From IMG/VR virus record IMGVR_UViG_3300045988_166338: a stretch of 45,592 bases of DNA. One strand, 5' to 3'. This DNA is from a virus. Of the stretch, positions 1-8,435 are shown one piece after another. Position 1 is the first letter of the stretch. Every line of letters begins with the position of its first letter. Below the pieces are notes generated by a model. That model ran no database searches. It was given only the letters and a program-made list of their open reading frames with translations, and had not been told where the DNA came from. Position numbers and translations under genes: made by a program.

Positions 1-119
1 CGGATACCCAGCCTGCCCTTTGCTAACACTCCCACCCTGCCCTATCATCTTGCACAATCCGTTTCTCCTATCACCAACCCGCATTTCCCTGCTTTGATGC
101 TACGAAACTTTACATTTTA
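1..119. repeat. Left copy of 119-bp direct terminal repeat (identical to 45474..45592)
   Basis: The first 119 nt are repeated exactly at the window end. This fits a T7-like DTR, or the end-overlap of a circular assembly. Confidence 0.85.
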
Positions 120-324
120 CTGCGGTTTTTACTGGTTTTAGGGGTTTTGGGCTTTTTTAAATATTATGAAAGAGTAATGTAAAATGTAAATTTACAATTT
201 ACAAAACACTTTCGGAACCCGTCATATAATATGACCACAATACCCCTATTTTCAGCCCTCTCAGCCCCATTTTTTCATCATTTCCCCTGATTTTAGTGCT
301 GTCTTACATCATAATCACACAGCC

Positions 325-520
325 CATAATCGCATAGCGCATACCAAGAAAATCTTCCTCCGTCCAGTAGCATACACCTGTATCTGCACTCCGTCCCGCC
401 TACCTGTCCTGTATATGCACACTGTCCCGCATAGCATACCATACCTGCACCCAGACATATTTGCATAGCACCTACCTGCCTGTGCATACCACTCACACAT
501 AGCATACCTGCATACATAAC
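325..520. repeat. Iteron-like degenerate repeats (CGCATAGCATACC / CATACCTGCA variants, at least 4 copies) in a strongly C-rich, G-depleted segment
   Basis: Recurring 'gcatagc(g/a)catacc', 'catacacctg', 'gcatagcataccatacctgca', 'gcatagcacctacctgc' and 'catagcatacctgcatac'. The plus strand has almost no G from about 300 to 540. Confidence 0.6.
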
Positions 521-582
521 ATATTTTTTTTCTTTGTTCCTGTTTCGTTCCACTGTCCAAACAAGTCCAAAATTCAACCTCT

Positions 583-599
583 GGTTGCAAAATGCAACC
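583..599. promoter_or_regulatory. Perfect palindrome GGTTGCA-aaa-TGCAACC upstream of the early promoter (candidate operator)
   Basis: 7-bp inverted-repeat arms read directly from the sequence. Confidence 0.4.
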
Positions 600-649
600 G
601 CCAAAATTGCCGTGAGCAAATCGTGAAAATCAACAAAATTCCAAGAAAT

Positions 650-670
650 AAGATTTCCGAAGGAAATCTT
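650..670. promoter_or_regulatory. Perfect palindrome AAGATTTCC-gaa-GGAAATCTT upstream of the early promoter (candidate operator)
   Basis: 9-bp inverted-repeat arms, about 35 bp upstream of the -35 element. Confidence 0.45.
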
Positions 671-703
671 AAATGTCAAGGAAAAAGATTTTGAAAAAAA
701 TTC

Positions 704-732
704 TTGACAGCCCAAAGCGATTTTGGTAAGCT
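704..732 (+). promoter_or_regulatory. Early sigma70-like promoter: TTGACA-17-TAAGCT with TGg extended -10
   Basis: 'ttcTTGACAgcccaaagcgattttggTAAGCT' lies about 110 nt upstream of the first early gene. It shares the ttcTTGACA motif with the other promoters. Confidence 0.5.
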
Positions 733-845
733 TGCCTTGTTTCGCCGGCCAAAGGGGACGGCGGAACGGTTTGGCTTCCTGCGTATGCGTTATGCGTAAT
801 GCGTAGCGTGAATGCGTAGCGTGAGAGTTGAAAAGGAGAAAAACA

Positions 846-1316
846 ATGTCAAAGATTGATGAACTGTTAAAGCTTGCTATGGAAAAATCGGGCATCCCTG
901 CCTACACGTCCAAACGGTTGCGTAGGAAAGGTATTGCGCCCTACCCCAAGCTTGCTACTCCAGAAGATATAGCGGCACGTAATCGTGGCATTCGTGCCAA
1001 CATACGCAAAGAGCGTGAGTTTCTAGAAAGCTTAACACCTGCACAGCGCAAAGACCTTGCTATGCCCAGCGTCCAACGTAAGACGATGGCAGAGTGCCTG
1101 GAAGAAAATCCCGACTATCTTGCCAAAGTTGAACATAATCTTGAGCGTCAGCAGAACTACGAGCATACGCTCGAACAGAACGTCCTGCACGCCGAAGCGT
1201 GGGAATTGCAGCTGTTCAAAGCTGCAGTCGAAGGCGAGCGTATGCGTCGCAAGATGCTGCGCAAACAACGTGCTATGCACGAAACTCGTGCTAATACTGC
1301 TAATATGGAAGCCTAA
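846..1316 (+). CDS. Hypothetical early protein. Its N-terminus, MSKIDELLK, is related to the tags on the 4883 and 8422 proteins
   Basis: ORF with AAGGAG RBS 8 nt upstream of the ATG at 846. The upstream in-frame ATG at 828 lacks an RBS. Confidence 0.6.
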   Translation: MSKIDELLKLAMEKSGIPAYTSKRLRRKGIAPYPKLATPEDIAARNRGIRANIRKEREFLESLTPAQRKDLAMPSVQRKTMAECLEENPDYLAKVEHNLERQQNYEHTLEQNVLHAEAWELQLFKAAVEGERMRRKMLRKQRAMHETRANTANMEA

Positions 1317-1350
1317 ACCAAACTTAATTATGAACAAGGAGATTGTTATT

Positions 1351-1449
1351 ATGACAGAAACTAAACTCCGTCCTATTTGCTATCTGTGCAACGAGGACAA
1401 AGACCTCTACAACGACCGCGTTAAACATCACGAAGACGAGGAGGACTAA
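1351..1449 (+). CDS. Small protein (32 aa) with a CxxC motif and an acidic C-terminus (HHEDEED)
   Basis: AAGGAG RBS ('aacaaggagattgttattATG'). Short, so coding is uncertain. Confidence 0.4.
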   Translation: MTETKLRPICYLCNEDKDLYNDRVKHHEDEED

Positions 1450-1451
1450 TT

Positions 1452-2057
1452 ATGGAACACGTCTATAATCAAACACGAGCTATCAGCAACGCCCGCGCCG
1501 CACAAACAGTTGACGATACGCGGCACGTCCAGCCTGTACGTCTAGCCGACAATACAGTCCGTGCAACGCGGCGTTCAGCAAGTCTGGCTAACAAAAGCGC
1601 CGAAGAAATCATCCTCGGCAGCGGCTTCACTACCGTAATCGAGTTTATGGAAGCGTGCAAAAGCAATAACCTGCTGACTAGCACGGACCAAGAAAACGTC
1701 CGCGTTCGTAAGTGCTACTCCGAGCTTCAACAGTACGGGCTGCTTTCAGCGTTCTGGGCAATGTTCCGCGCCTACCGTGCGAACAAGGGCAAGCCCGTCC
1801 AAGACTATACGTTCGAGCCGCCTGCAACGTGGCATGCACATAACACGACGGTAATTCTGGACAAAGCAAACCGCCAGATTATCATCCACAACCGAATTGA
1901 CCTCAACACTAGCAAGTACGTGTTGAACTATTCGTGGATGCCGATATCAAAGTCCAGCATCGACAGCGAAGCCAACTTCAAACGGGTTATGCGCATCGTC
2001 GCTAACAGCGGCATCAAACGTGCCATTGACTTTGCTATGTCGGAAGTAAGAGGTTAA
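1452..2057 (+). CDS. Hypothetical protein
   Basis: 201-aa ORF tightly packed after the previous stop (GAGGAGGAC RBS). Confidence 0.6.
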   Translation: MEHVYNQTRAISNARAAQTVDDTRHVQPVRLADNTVRATRRSASLANKSAEEIILGSGFTTVIEFMEACKSNNLLTSTDQENVRVRKCYSELQQYGLLSAFWAMFRAYRANKGKPVQDYTFEPPATWHAHNTTVILDKANRQIIIHNRIDLNTSKYVLNYSWMPISKSSIDSEANFKRVMRIVANSGIKRAIDFAMSEVRG

Positions 2058-2058
2058 G

Positions 2059-2388
2059 ATGAAAACACGAGTATCCAATGTCAAGCTCGAAAAGGGCAAG
2101 TGGTACTTATTGCGTCCCGACGTTCCGTACCATCTCTGGGTAGCTTTCACGCCTAAGCGCACTGTCAAGTTCGATACCGTGCTAAAGGATATGTGCCATC
2201 TTCAGAACGTGATGAGCCTCGCACCTACAGCCGCGTTTGGCTTAGCAATCGACTCGCGCAATATAGCCCTCAGGTATAGCAAGCCGAAACGTGCCGACAT
2301 CGCAGAAAGATATGTAATATGCTTCTGCAAATCAGCTGACGGCAAAAGTAAGATTTCTGCGTACGCGGAAAGAGTTGCACTTTACTAA
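2059..2388 (+). CDS. Hypothetical protein
   Basis: 109-aa ORF whose start abuts the previous stop (translational coupling). Confidence 0.55.
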   Translation: MKTRVSNVKLEKGKWYLLRPDVPYHLWVAFTPKRTVKFDTVLKDMCHLQNVMSLAPTAAFGLAIDSRNIALRYSKPKRADIAERYVICFCKSADGKSKISAYAERVALY

Positions 2389-2400
2389 AGGAGAACCACA

Positions 2401-2778
2401 ATGTCAATGACAACTATGCGGCTCGTTACACCGCGTGAACCTGCGAGCCTAAAAGCTACCAAAGCCTTGATACTGCATCAAGGTGAAGTGTACTCTATCG
2501 AATACGAATGCAAACCGCTCACCCTGTATGTCTGCTTGCAAAATATTACATTTGAGCTATTCTACGCATACGCTATGCGCAAAGCCAAGACCTGCGGTAC
2601 GCAGGCGGGGTTCAACGCCGCGTTAGAGCGTTATTTTGTACCGTTTGTGGACAATCCCTCCGCAGCGAGTGTCAGCGGTCATACGTTCAGGTTTACACCG
2701 TCCACACGCAAGCACGCCACGTACGACGTCCTGTGCGTGTACAAGGAGCAGAAGTTTGTGGAGAACATCTACAAATGA
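2401..2778 (+). CDS. Hypothetical protein
   Basis: 125-aa ORF, GGAG RBS. Confidence 0.55.
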   Translation: MSMTTMRLVTPREPASLKATKALILHQGEVYSIEYECKPLTLYVCLQNITFELFYAYAMRKAKTCGTQAGFNAALERYFVPFVDNPSAASVSGHTFRFTPSTRKHATYDVLCVYKEQKFVENIYK

Positions 2779-2891
2779 AAAAGATAGACAAACTTCTAGA
2801 ATATGCAGAGATTATCTGCCTGATACTTGCGGCAGTATTCTTTCTGCTCTGGCTGATACTAACAATCATCGGCTTAATTATTAACTTGTAA
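2775..2891 (+). CDS. Small membrane protein (38 aa, single TM: ICLILAAVFFLLWLILTIIGLIINL)
   Basis: ATG overlaps the previous stop (ATGA). Hydrophobic core. Below the 60-aa ORF-track cutoff, found by reading the sequence. Confidence 0.4.
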   Translation: MKKIDKLLEYAEIICLILAAVFFLLWLILTIIGLIINL

Positions 2892-2908
2892 GGGAGGTTT
2901 CCCTAATT

Positions 2909-3757
2909 ATGATAGAAAAAGATGAGAAAATCTATTGCTATTGCTGTAGCACCGGGCTCAAACTATACGAGCTGGATGACAACACGATAGCATACATTCA
3001 GGAGTGCGACCCATCGGGGCAGATGCTAGCAATGATAGCGTCCCAGCAAAAGCACCCTGCACTATCTGCGTTCAGGCAGGACTGGGGACGGCTGGCAGAC
3101 TGCTGCCCGCACGTATTCCTGTGCTTCCTACTGCACAAATTTATTGTTATTCCAAACCTAACTCGTGAGACTTATGCCTACGTCAAGGCTATGGGACAGG
3201 TTAGCGATAGCATTGTGCAGATGTACGAACAGGACATCATCGACGACAAAGTCATCCTTGCCATGCTTGAACACCTAACACTTGTACCAGTAATTACAAA
3301 TCCTAACGGCAATCGTCCGCTACCTGTTTTGCTGGCACACCTGAACATCGAAACACACCAGTACTATATCACGCTGGACGACATTGAGAAGCTCGAACAA
3401 GACATCATCGCTAACACCCGCACGATGTCCTGCGCCCAAGTTTCAAGGTGCCTGTCATCGTACTGGGCAGACAATCACTGCTACGTCCCAACGTTAGCGG
3501 CGATGTATGGCGTGAAAGAAAAGCCTGCGGATACGGTTCGCCGTGTGGTCAAGAAGCATACCAAGTTGATGCTAACAGAAAGCACGCTTGATGCTCTGGA
3601 CTTCCACTACGTCCATCCGCTACTGGCCAAGGACAGAGTCGAGGATAAGAGGGCACTCAAGGTGCTAAATCATCCGCCCGCTGTCCAAAGTCGCCTTGAG
3701 CAAATGGAAGCTCTGACGGCGTTAATATGTAAGGCACATCCAGAAAATAATTCTTGA
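2909..3757 (+). CDS. Hypothetical protein (Cys-rich N-terminus CYCCS)
   Basis: 282-aa ORF, GGGAGG RBS. Its TGA stop is embedded in the -35 TTGACA of the next promoter. Confidence 0.6.
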   Translation: MIEKDEKIYCYCCSTGLKLYELDDNTIAYIQECDPSGQMLAMIASQQKHPALSAFRQDWGRLADCCPHVFLCFLLHKFIVIPNLTRETYAYVKAMGQVSDSIVQMYEQDIIDDKVILAMLEHLTLVPVITNPNGNRPLPVLLAHLNIETHQYYITLDDIEKLEQDIIANTRTMSCAQVSRCLSSYWADNHCYVPTLAAMYGVKEKPADTVRRVVKKHTKLMLTESTLDALDFHYVHPLLAKDRVEDKRALKVLNHPPAVQSRLEQMEALTALICKAHPENNS

Positions 3758-3782
3758 CAAACTGGAATGCTTATGCTACTAT
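3754..3782 (+). promoter_or_regulatory. Sigma70-like promoter: TTGACA-17-TACTAT with TGc extended -10
   Basis: 'ttcTTGACAaactggaatgcttatgcTACTAT' precedes gene 3851..4609 by about 70 nt. Confidence 0.6.
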
Positions 3783-3850
3783 CTAATCATCGGGCGGCGG
3801 GATTGTCCTGCCGTCCTAACCAGACAACATAGCTATGAGGAGTTAAAAAT

Positions 3851-4609
3851 ATGTCTGATATTGAAAACAAAGAAAGCAAGGTTGCTGTACGTTCCATCAT
3901 TTTTGAAACGCTGGATGATGCTATCAACAGCGTTGCTGAAAAAGATTACGCCGGTATGGATGACGTGGAACTGGTCGCGTGCCAGACGTCCCTGCCGAAA
4001 AAGGTAATGCTCCAGCTGCAAGGCAAGACCGTGGTCGGGCTGAAAGAAATTCCCATTCCGCAGTTCTCACTGGACTGCTTCGTACCTGTCGAGGGCGAAA
4101 CGGACGAACAGCGTGCCGAACGTATGAACTTGGCTGCTAAAACGATAGCCCTGTACGACAAGTTCCTGCAGAAAGAAGCCATCCGTTTGGCGAAAGCGGA
4201 CTGCATGCCTGCTAACATGGAAGCGTTCTTGGACGTGGTCACTGCTACGCGTGGCGGTGTGGAAATCACCACGAAAGAAACCAAGGAAATCATCACGGAA
4301 TGGTTGCGCGACAACAACCGTGCTACCAAAGAACGCACCGCGACCGACGGCAAGAAGCGTCCTATCTTCTTCGAGTCTGCCAACAAGCTCATCGAATGCA
4401 TCAAAAGTCAGGTGTATGCTATGCAGGTCTTTGCTGGCACGCCTGAAGACTTGGTCATCAAGCTGGTTGACAAGTTCTACGCTGCGGTCTGCGCCGAGTT
4501 CAAAGCGCGCGGTAAGTCCACGGTCGTCGTTGACAAGTGGTACAATAACCGCAACGTCAAAGCCGAAACTGCCACGGTTGAACTGGACGTTATTGACGAC
4601 TTGTTCTAA
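3851..4609 (+). CDS. Abundant early protein. A possible T7 gp2.5-like ssDNA-binding protein (own promoter and terminator, C-terminus ...ELDVIDDLF)
   Basis: 252 aa, GAGGAG RBS. Monocistronic between a strong promoter and a strong terminator. The acidic C-terminus ends in Phe, like the SSB/gp2.5 tails. The function call is inference only. Confidence 0.3.
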   Translation: MSDIENKESKVAVRSIIFETLDDAINSVAEKDYAGMDDVELVACQTSLPKKVMLQLQGKTVVGLKEIPIPQFSLDCFVPVEGETDEQRAERMNLAAKTIALYDKFLQKEAIRLAKADCMPANMEAFLDVVTATRGGVEITTKETKEIITEWLRDNNRATKERTATDGKKRPIFFESANKLIECIKSQVYAMQVFAGTPEDLVIKLVDKFYAAVCAEFKARGKSTVVVDKWYNNRNVKAETATVELDVIDDLF

Positions 4610-4742
4610 GCCGAACCATTGCTACTACTTGATGCGGACTAGTAGCCCACTAGGCTTCTTGTGCCGCACCAACTAAGCACTGCGATACTTCTCGCAGGTT
4701 GGACGACGCAATGTTTGTCAACTAGCACCGCATCAAGTACCA

Positions 4743-4774
4743 AGGCGGCAGGTTTCCCTGCCGCCTATTATTTG
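4743..4774 (+). terminator. Rho-independent terminator: AGGCGGCAGG-tttc-CCTGCCGCCT plus ATTATTTG
   Basis: 10-bp perfect GC-rich stem followed by a T-rich tract, downstream of gene 3851..4609. A second hairpin (GCTACTA..TAGTAGC) sits at 4621..4646. Confidence 0.7.
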
Positions 4775-4882
4775 ACCCTTGCAATAGCCTGCTACACGCT
4801 GGCGGTCTATTGGAAAGGCCAAACAGCGCAAAGATGCGCACCCTTTCCCCTCCACTAACATATAACATAGGAGTAATTTATT

Positions 4883-6646
4883 ATGCCTTCAATTTCTGAA
4901 CTGCTTGCTAAAGCCCGTGCTAAACAGGCACAGGCACAGGCCAAGCAAGATAAGACTGCGCCCGTCACACAGTACGGCATCGCAGCCGTAGCCAAAGCCA
5001 CAGCCCGCGCCGATAAGGTAGCGTTGAAGACTGCGGCCGAAGGCAAGCTTGATAGTACAGGCATCCTGCAAGTGCAAGACCTCGATGCTATCACGCTGGA
5101 TGACAGCCAAGCCAAGGCGTTAGAAACGATTTCACAGCACAAGATGGTCGCGCTAACCGGTGCGGCCGGTACAGGTAAGACCACGGTTCTGCGTGCCTTT
5201 GTTAAGAAAAACCCGCCCACGTTCAAGTGGCAACATATACGTGTGGGCGAAGTGACGGACACGCTGTTCCTGTCGCTGACCGGCAAGGCCGTAGCACAGA
5301 TGCGTCTGGTTCTGCCTAAAGAATACGCCGCGTCCTGCATGACAATCCACTCCGCGCTGGCGGTCTACCCTGAGAAACAGGAAGATGGCAAGCTGCGCTA
5401 CGTTCCGCGCTACCACCAAGGTAACAAGCTGGAGTGCAAGCGTGTCTTCATCGACGAAGCTACGATGTGCAGCGTCCAGCTCTGGAATATGCTGCGTGAA
5501 GCCCTGCCTGACGATTGCAAGGTATGCTTCATCGGCGACATTAATCAGCTGCCGCCTGTAGCAGGACGTCCCATTCTAGCGTACGCACTGATAGCGTTTC
5601 CCTACGCGGCGTTGGAAACTATCCACCGCCAAGCCGAGGAAAGCCCTGTGCTTAATGCCTGCCACAAAATCCTGCGCGGCGAGCCGATTGATACGACCCG
5701 CGGCATGGTTATACGCCAGTGTCCTAACGACCCGGTCGATGCCAGCTACGAGATTGTCAAGCGCATCATCGCACTCTACCACAATGGGCAATACAAGCCG
5801 ATGGAAGACCAGATTATCACGGCCGGCAACACGGACGCGTTAGGACAGGAAGAGTTAAACGCTCGCCTGCTTCCTCACCTGACCCGTGAGGGCAACCCTA
5901 TGCACAAGGTCTTCTATGCACGGCGGTTCCGTACGTTCGCGGTAGGCACCAAGGTGATGTACACAGAGAACGACTATGAGCTGGGCATCTTCAACGGATT
6001 GCAAGGCGTAGTAGAAAGCATCGAGCCTAACCCTGCAGCCGACCCAGACATCGAGTTTGAAAGTATAGGGTTCGGGCGTCCGCTCACGGTAGAGGACGTG
6101 CAAAACCTCGACGACCTGACCGACTACAAACGTAGCGAAGAACTGGGCGTCACAGGCAAGGAAGTCCTCGACGAGGAAGATGCAGGACGTCAGGCTAGCC
6201 ACGTCGTAACCGTCCTGTTCAACGACGGGACAAGGGTCAAGCTGTCAAGAAGTTCTCAGATTGCCAACCTGCAAGTAGCGTTCGTGTGTACCTGCCACAA
6301 GATGCAAGGTTCAGAATGCCGCAAAGCTATCATCATCTGCCACAAATCTCAAGCCCTGCTTCACTCCCGTGAATGGCTGTACACGGCCATATCGCGTGCC
6401 AAGGAAGCGGCTATGATTTTCACCAGCACAACGATTAGCAAGCGCAAACTGACACACCACAACGATGGCGACATAACGCAGACGCTTGCTAACAAGGCAT
6501 CGTTGAACACCAGCATCCAACAATGCATCGACAGCCCGCGTATCTTGGGACGGTCTGCAGCCGAGAAAATCAAGACGTACATCCGCACCGTCATGGCTAA
6601 CAAAGAAGAAGAGCGGCCGCACTGGTTGCCTGACTTGGAGGGCTAA
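4883..6646 (+). CDS. SF1B DNA helicase, RecD/Dda-like
   Basis: Walker A 'LTGAAGTGKTT' and Walker B 'VFIDEATM'. The C-terminal 'CTCHKMQGSECRKAIII' fits the RecD motif VI region. AGGAG RBS. Confidence 0.75.
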   Translation: MPSISELLAKARAKQAQAQAKQDKTAPVTQYGIAAVAKATARADKVALKTAAEGKLDSTGILQVQDLDAITLDDSQAKALETISQHKMVALTGAAGTGKTTVLRAFVKKNPPTFKWQHIRVGEVTDTLFLSLTGKAVAQMRLVLPKEYAASCMTIHSALAVYPEKQEDGKLRYVPRYHQGNKLECKRVFIDEATMCSVQLWNMLREALPDDCKVCFIGDINQLPPVAGRPILAYALIAFPYAALETIHRQAEESPVLNACHKILRGEPIDTTRGMVIRQCPNDPVDASYEIVKRIIALYHNGQYKPMEDQIITAGNTDALGQEELNARLLPHLTREGNPMHKVFYARRFRTFAVGTKVMYTENDYELGIFNGLQGVVESIEPNPAADPDIEFESIGFGRPLTVEDVQNLDDLTDYKRSEELGVTGKEVLDEEDAGRQASHVVTVLFNDGTRVKLSRSSQIANLQVAFVCTCHKMQGSECRKAIIICHKSQALLHSREWLYTAISRAKEAAMIFTSTTISKRKLTHHNDGDITQTLANKASLNTSIQQCIDSPRILGRSAAEKIKTYIRTVMANKEEERPHWLPDLEG

Positions 6647-6650
6647 GCGC

Positions 6651-6869
6651 ATGCCAAGTAAACGCAAGAAGCAACACTACAAACGCTGCGATATGGACGA
6701 GGTAATTGTACGGCTATGCGACCTGTATAAGGACCTCGCTAACGTACTGGATGAACCGTACTACGCAGCAGAGGTAGCGCGCATAATCTACGACCTTACA
6801 GGTGATGTAGACTGGACGCGTAAGCGACAGGAACAATTTGACATCTGGGTAAAGGGAGGCATGCAATGA
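6651..6869 (+). CDS. Hypothetical protein
   Basis: 72-aa ORF immediately after the helicase stop. Confidence 0.45.
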   Translation: MPSKRKKQHYKRCDMDEVIVRLCDLYKDLANVLDEPYYAAEVARIIYDLTGDVDWTRKRQEQFDIWVKGGMQ

Positions 6870-7030
6870 TATTCTGGAAAAGCAAGAAGCAGAAGCTAGC
6901 AGAGCAAGCTAAACGCGAGCAGAAAGAACTGCGGCAGCAATACATGAAAGACTTTATCCTGCAATACATACTGCGCAGACTTGAACAACAAATGCAAGAA
7001 CAACTCAATCACGAGGGAGAACAGGTATGA
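6866..7030 (+). CDS. Small basic coiled-coil protein (54 aa)
   Basis: ATG overlaps the previous stop (ATGcaATGA). Stop overlaps the next start (ATGA). Found by reading the sequence. Confidence 0.35.
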   Translation: MIFWKSKKQKLAEQAKREQKELRQQYMKDFILQYILRRLEQQMQEQLNHEGEQV

Positions 7031-7323
7031 AAATCGTAACTTATAATTCCGTATTTAGCAAACAGGTCTACGGCCAGACCGTAACAACGTCCGCGTCAAC
7101 GTCCATAGTTCTGGACGGCGTTCGCGTTATCAAGTACAGTCCGAACAAGAACTGCACCGTACTGAACTTTGACGTCTATGGTTCCAAGTTCATCACCGGC
7201 AACCACGTCGATACTATCACTGCATTCCTGACTGATGACGGTGCTTCGCAGCTCAACCTCGGCGACATCCCGTACATCAATAGCCAGAACCAGAACCGCG
7301 ACGATGACGATGATTGCGACTGA
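7027..7323 (+). CDS. Hypothetical protein with poly-Asp C-terminus (DDDDDCD)
   Basis: 98-aa ORF, GGGAGAACAGG RBS-like. Confidence 0.5.
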   Translation: MKIVTYNSVFSKQVYGQTVTTSASTSIVLDGVRVIKYSPNKNCTVLNFDVYGSKFITGNHVDTITAFLTDDGASQLNLGDIPYINSQNQNRDDDDDCD

Positions 7324-7987
7324 GGCCGAGCTTCTGGACATCCAGAGGCGTACGCTCGAAGACATCAGCAACCACGCAGACAAGGTGAGAAGCGTCCTGC
7401 TACACGGTACGGCAGAGAAGAAGCAGCAGTTCATCACAGACCTCGGTGTGCTAAACATCTGCGGCACGTGTGAACTGGCGTTCTTCAAAGCCCTGCTATA
7501 CTGCATCACCATACCAAAGGCTATGACCATGGCCGCGTTACAACAACCGCTATATGAACGTACTACCTACGCTGTGCCGTTCCAATATGCCAGCCCAAAG
7601 ACGTTCTTTAGCAGCATGTATGTAGCCAAGACCAGACTGTTAGCCGACGCCACAGGTGAGAGCAGGATGGACATGTACCAAGCTGCGCGTGACAAGATGT
7701 GGAAAGAGTTTACGCCGAACGAGGCTGCCCCGCCTGCACGTATATTCCAGGCGGCCAGCATCCCGTACTGGTGTTTCACGATATATCGAACGCAGGTAGG
7801 CGAGGGCAAGCCACGCGGCTACTTCCCGGAAGCACCCGCTATCAAGCGCGAACCTACTGCGTATACCTTAACAGATATTGGCGAGGAACTTGGAGTTAAA
7901 GAACCACCCCGCCATATCTTAGCAACCAAACCGTGCGCCCGTAAGGTCGTACAAACTTTTACTGAAGAGGACTTAGAAGATGATTAA
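7304..7987 (+). CDS. Hypothetical protein with acidic C-terminus (EEDLEDD)
   Basis: Start set at the internal ATG 7304, which overlaps the previous stop. The ORF-track start 7235 would overlap the upstream gene by about 90 nt. Confidence 0.5.
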   Translation: MTMIATEAELLDIQRRTLEDISNHADKVRSVLLHGTAEKKQQFITDLGVLNICGTCELAFFKALLYCITIPKAMTMAALQQPLYERTTYAVPFQYASPKTFFSSMYVAKTRLLADATGESRMDMYQAARDKMWKEFTPNEAAPPARIFQAASIPYWCFTIYRTQVGEGKPRGYFPEAPAIKREPTAYTLTDIGEELGVKEPPRHILATKPCARKVVQTFTEEDLEDD

Positions 7988-8435
7988 ATCACCCTGCATT
8001 TCTCTGCTAACAGCGGCGCGACGCGCTCAAGTTGCAGATAACTATCCCGAAGCTGACTGCTTCAACGTTACGCCTAACTTTGGCAAGCGTTCAATTCGCA
8101 TCACCGCTATGCGTGGCGACCTGACGCTGGGCAGCATGGAATTTGACAACCTGATTATCCCGCCGCACATCTCGCCGACGCCGGTACTGTATCCTCGCGT
8201 GCCTTTCGTGTACGGCGTGGTAATGTGCACGGTAAACGGGACGCCTGCCTACTACTTCGGCAAAGCGTTGAGTCCGATTGACGACCGCCAGATGATTTCG
8301 ATTGCCGAACTGGACGGTAGCGATTGGAACCCTACGGAAATCGTGGACGACATCACGTCCTGCGTCATTCTGCACGCCCCGATTGGTGAACTGGAAAGCC
8401 TGTACCAGCCTGAGGTGCAAGATGCCGACGATTGA
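7980..8435 (+). CDS. Hypothetical protein with acidic C-terminus (VQDADD)
   Basis: 151-aa ORF overlapping the previous stop. Confidence 0.5.
   Translation: MIKSPCISLLTAARRAQVADNYPEADCFNVTPNFGKRSIRITAMRGDLTLGSMEFDNLIIPPHISPTPVLYPRVPFVYGVVMCTVNGTPAYYFGKALSPIDDRQMISIAELDGSDWNPTEIVDDITSCVILHAPIGELESLYQPEVQDADD

Noticed and set aside
293-895. 200-aa and 91-aa minus-strand ORFs across the C-rich terminal region
   Set aside because: They are antisense to a G-depleted iteron region. They have no RBS, a repetitive Cys/Gly/Arg-rich translation, and overlap the early promoter and the first gene start. Composition artefact.
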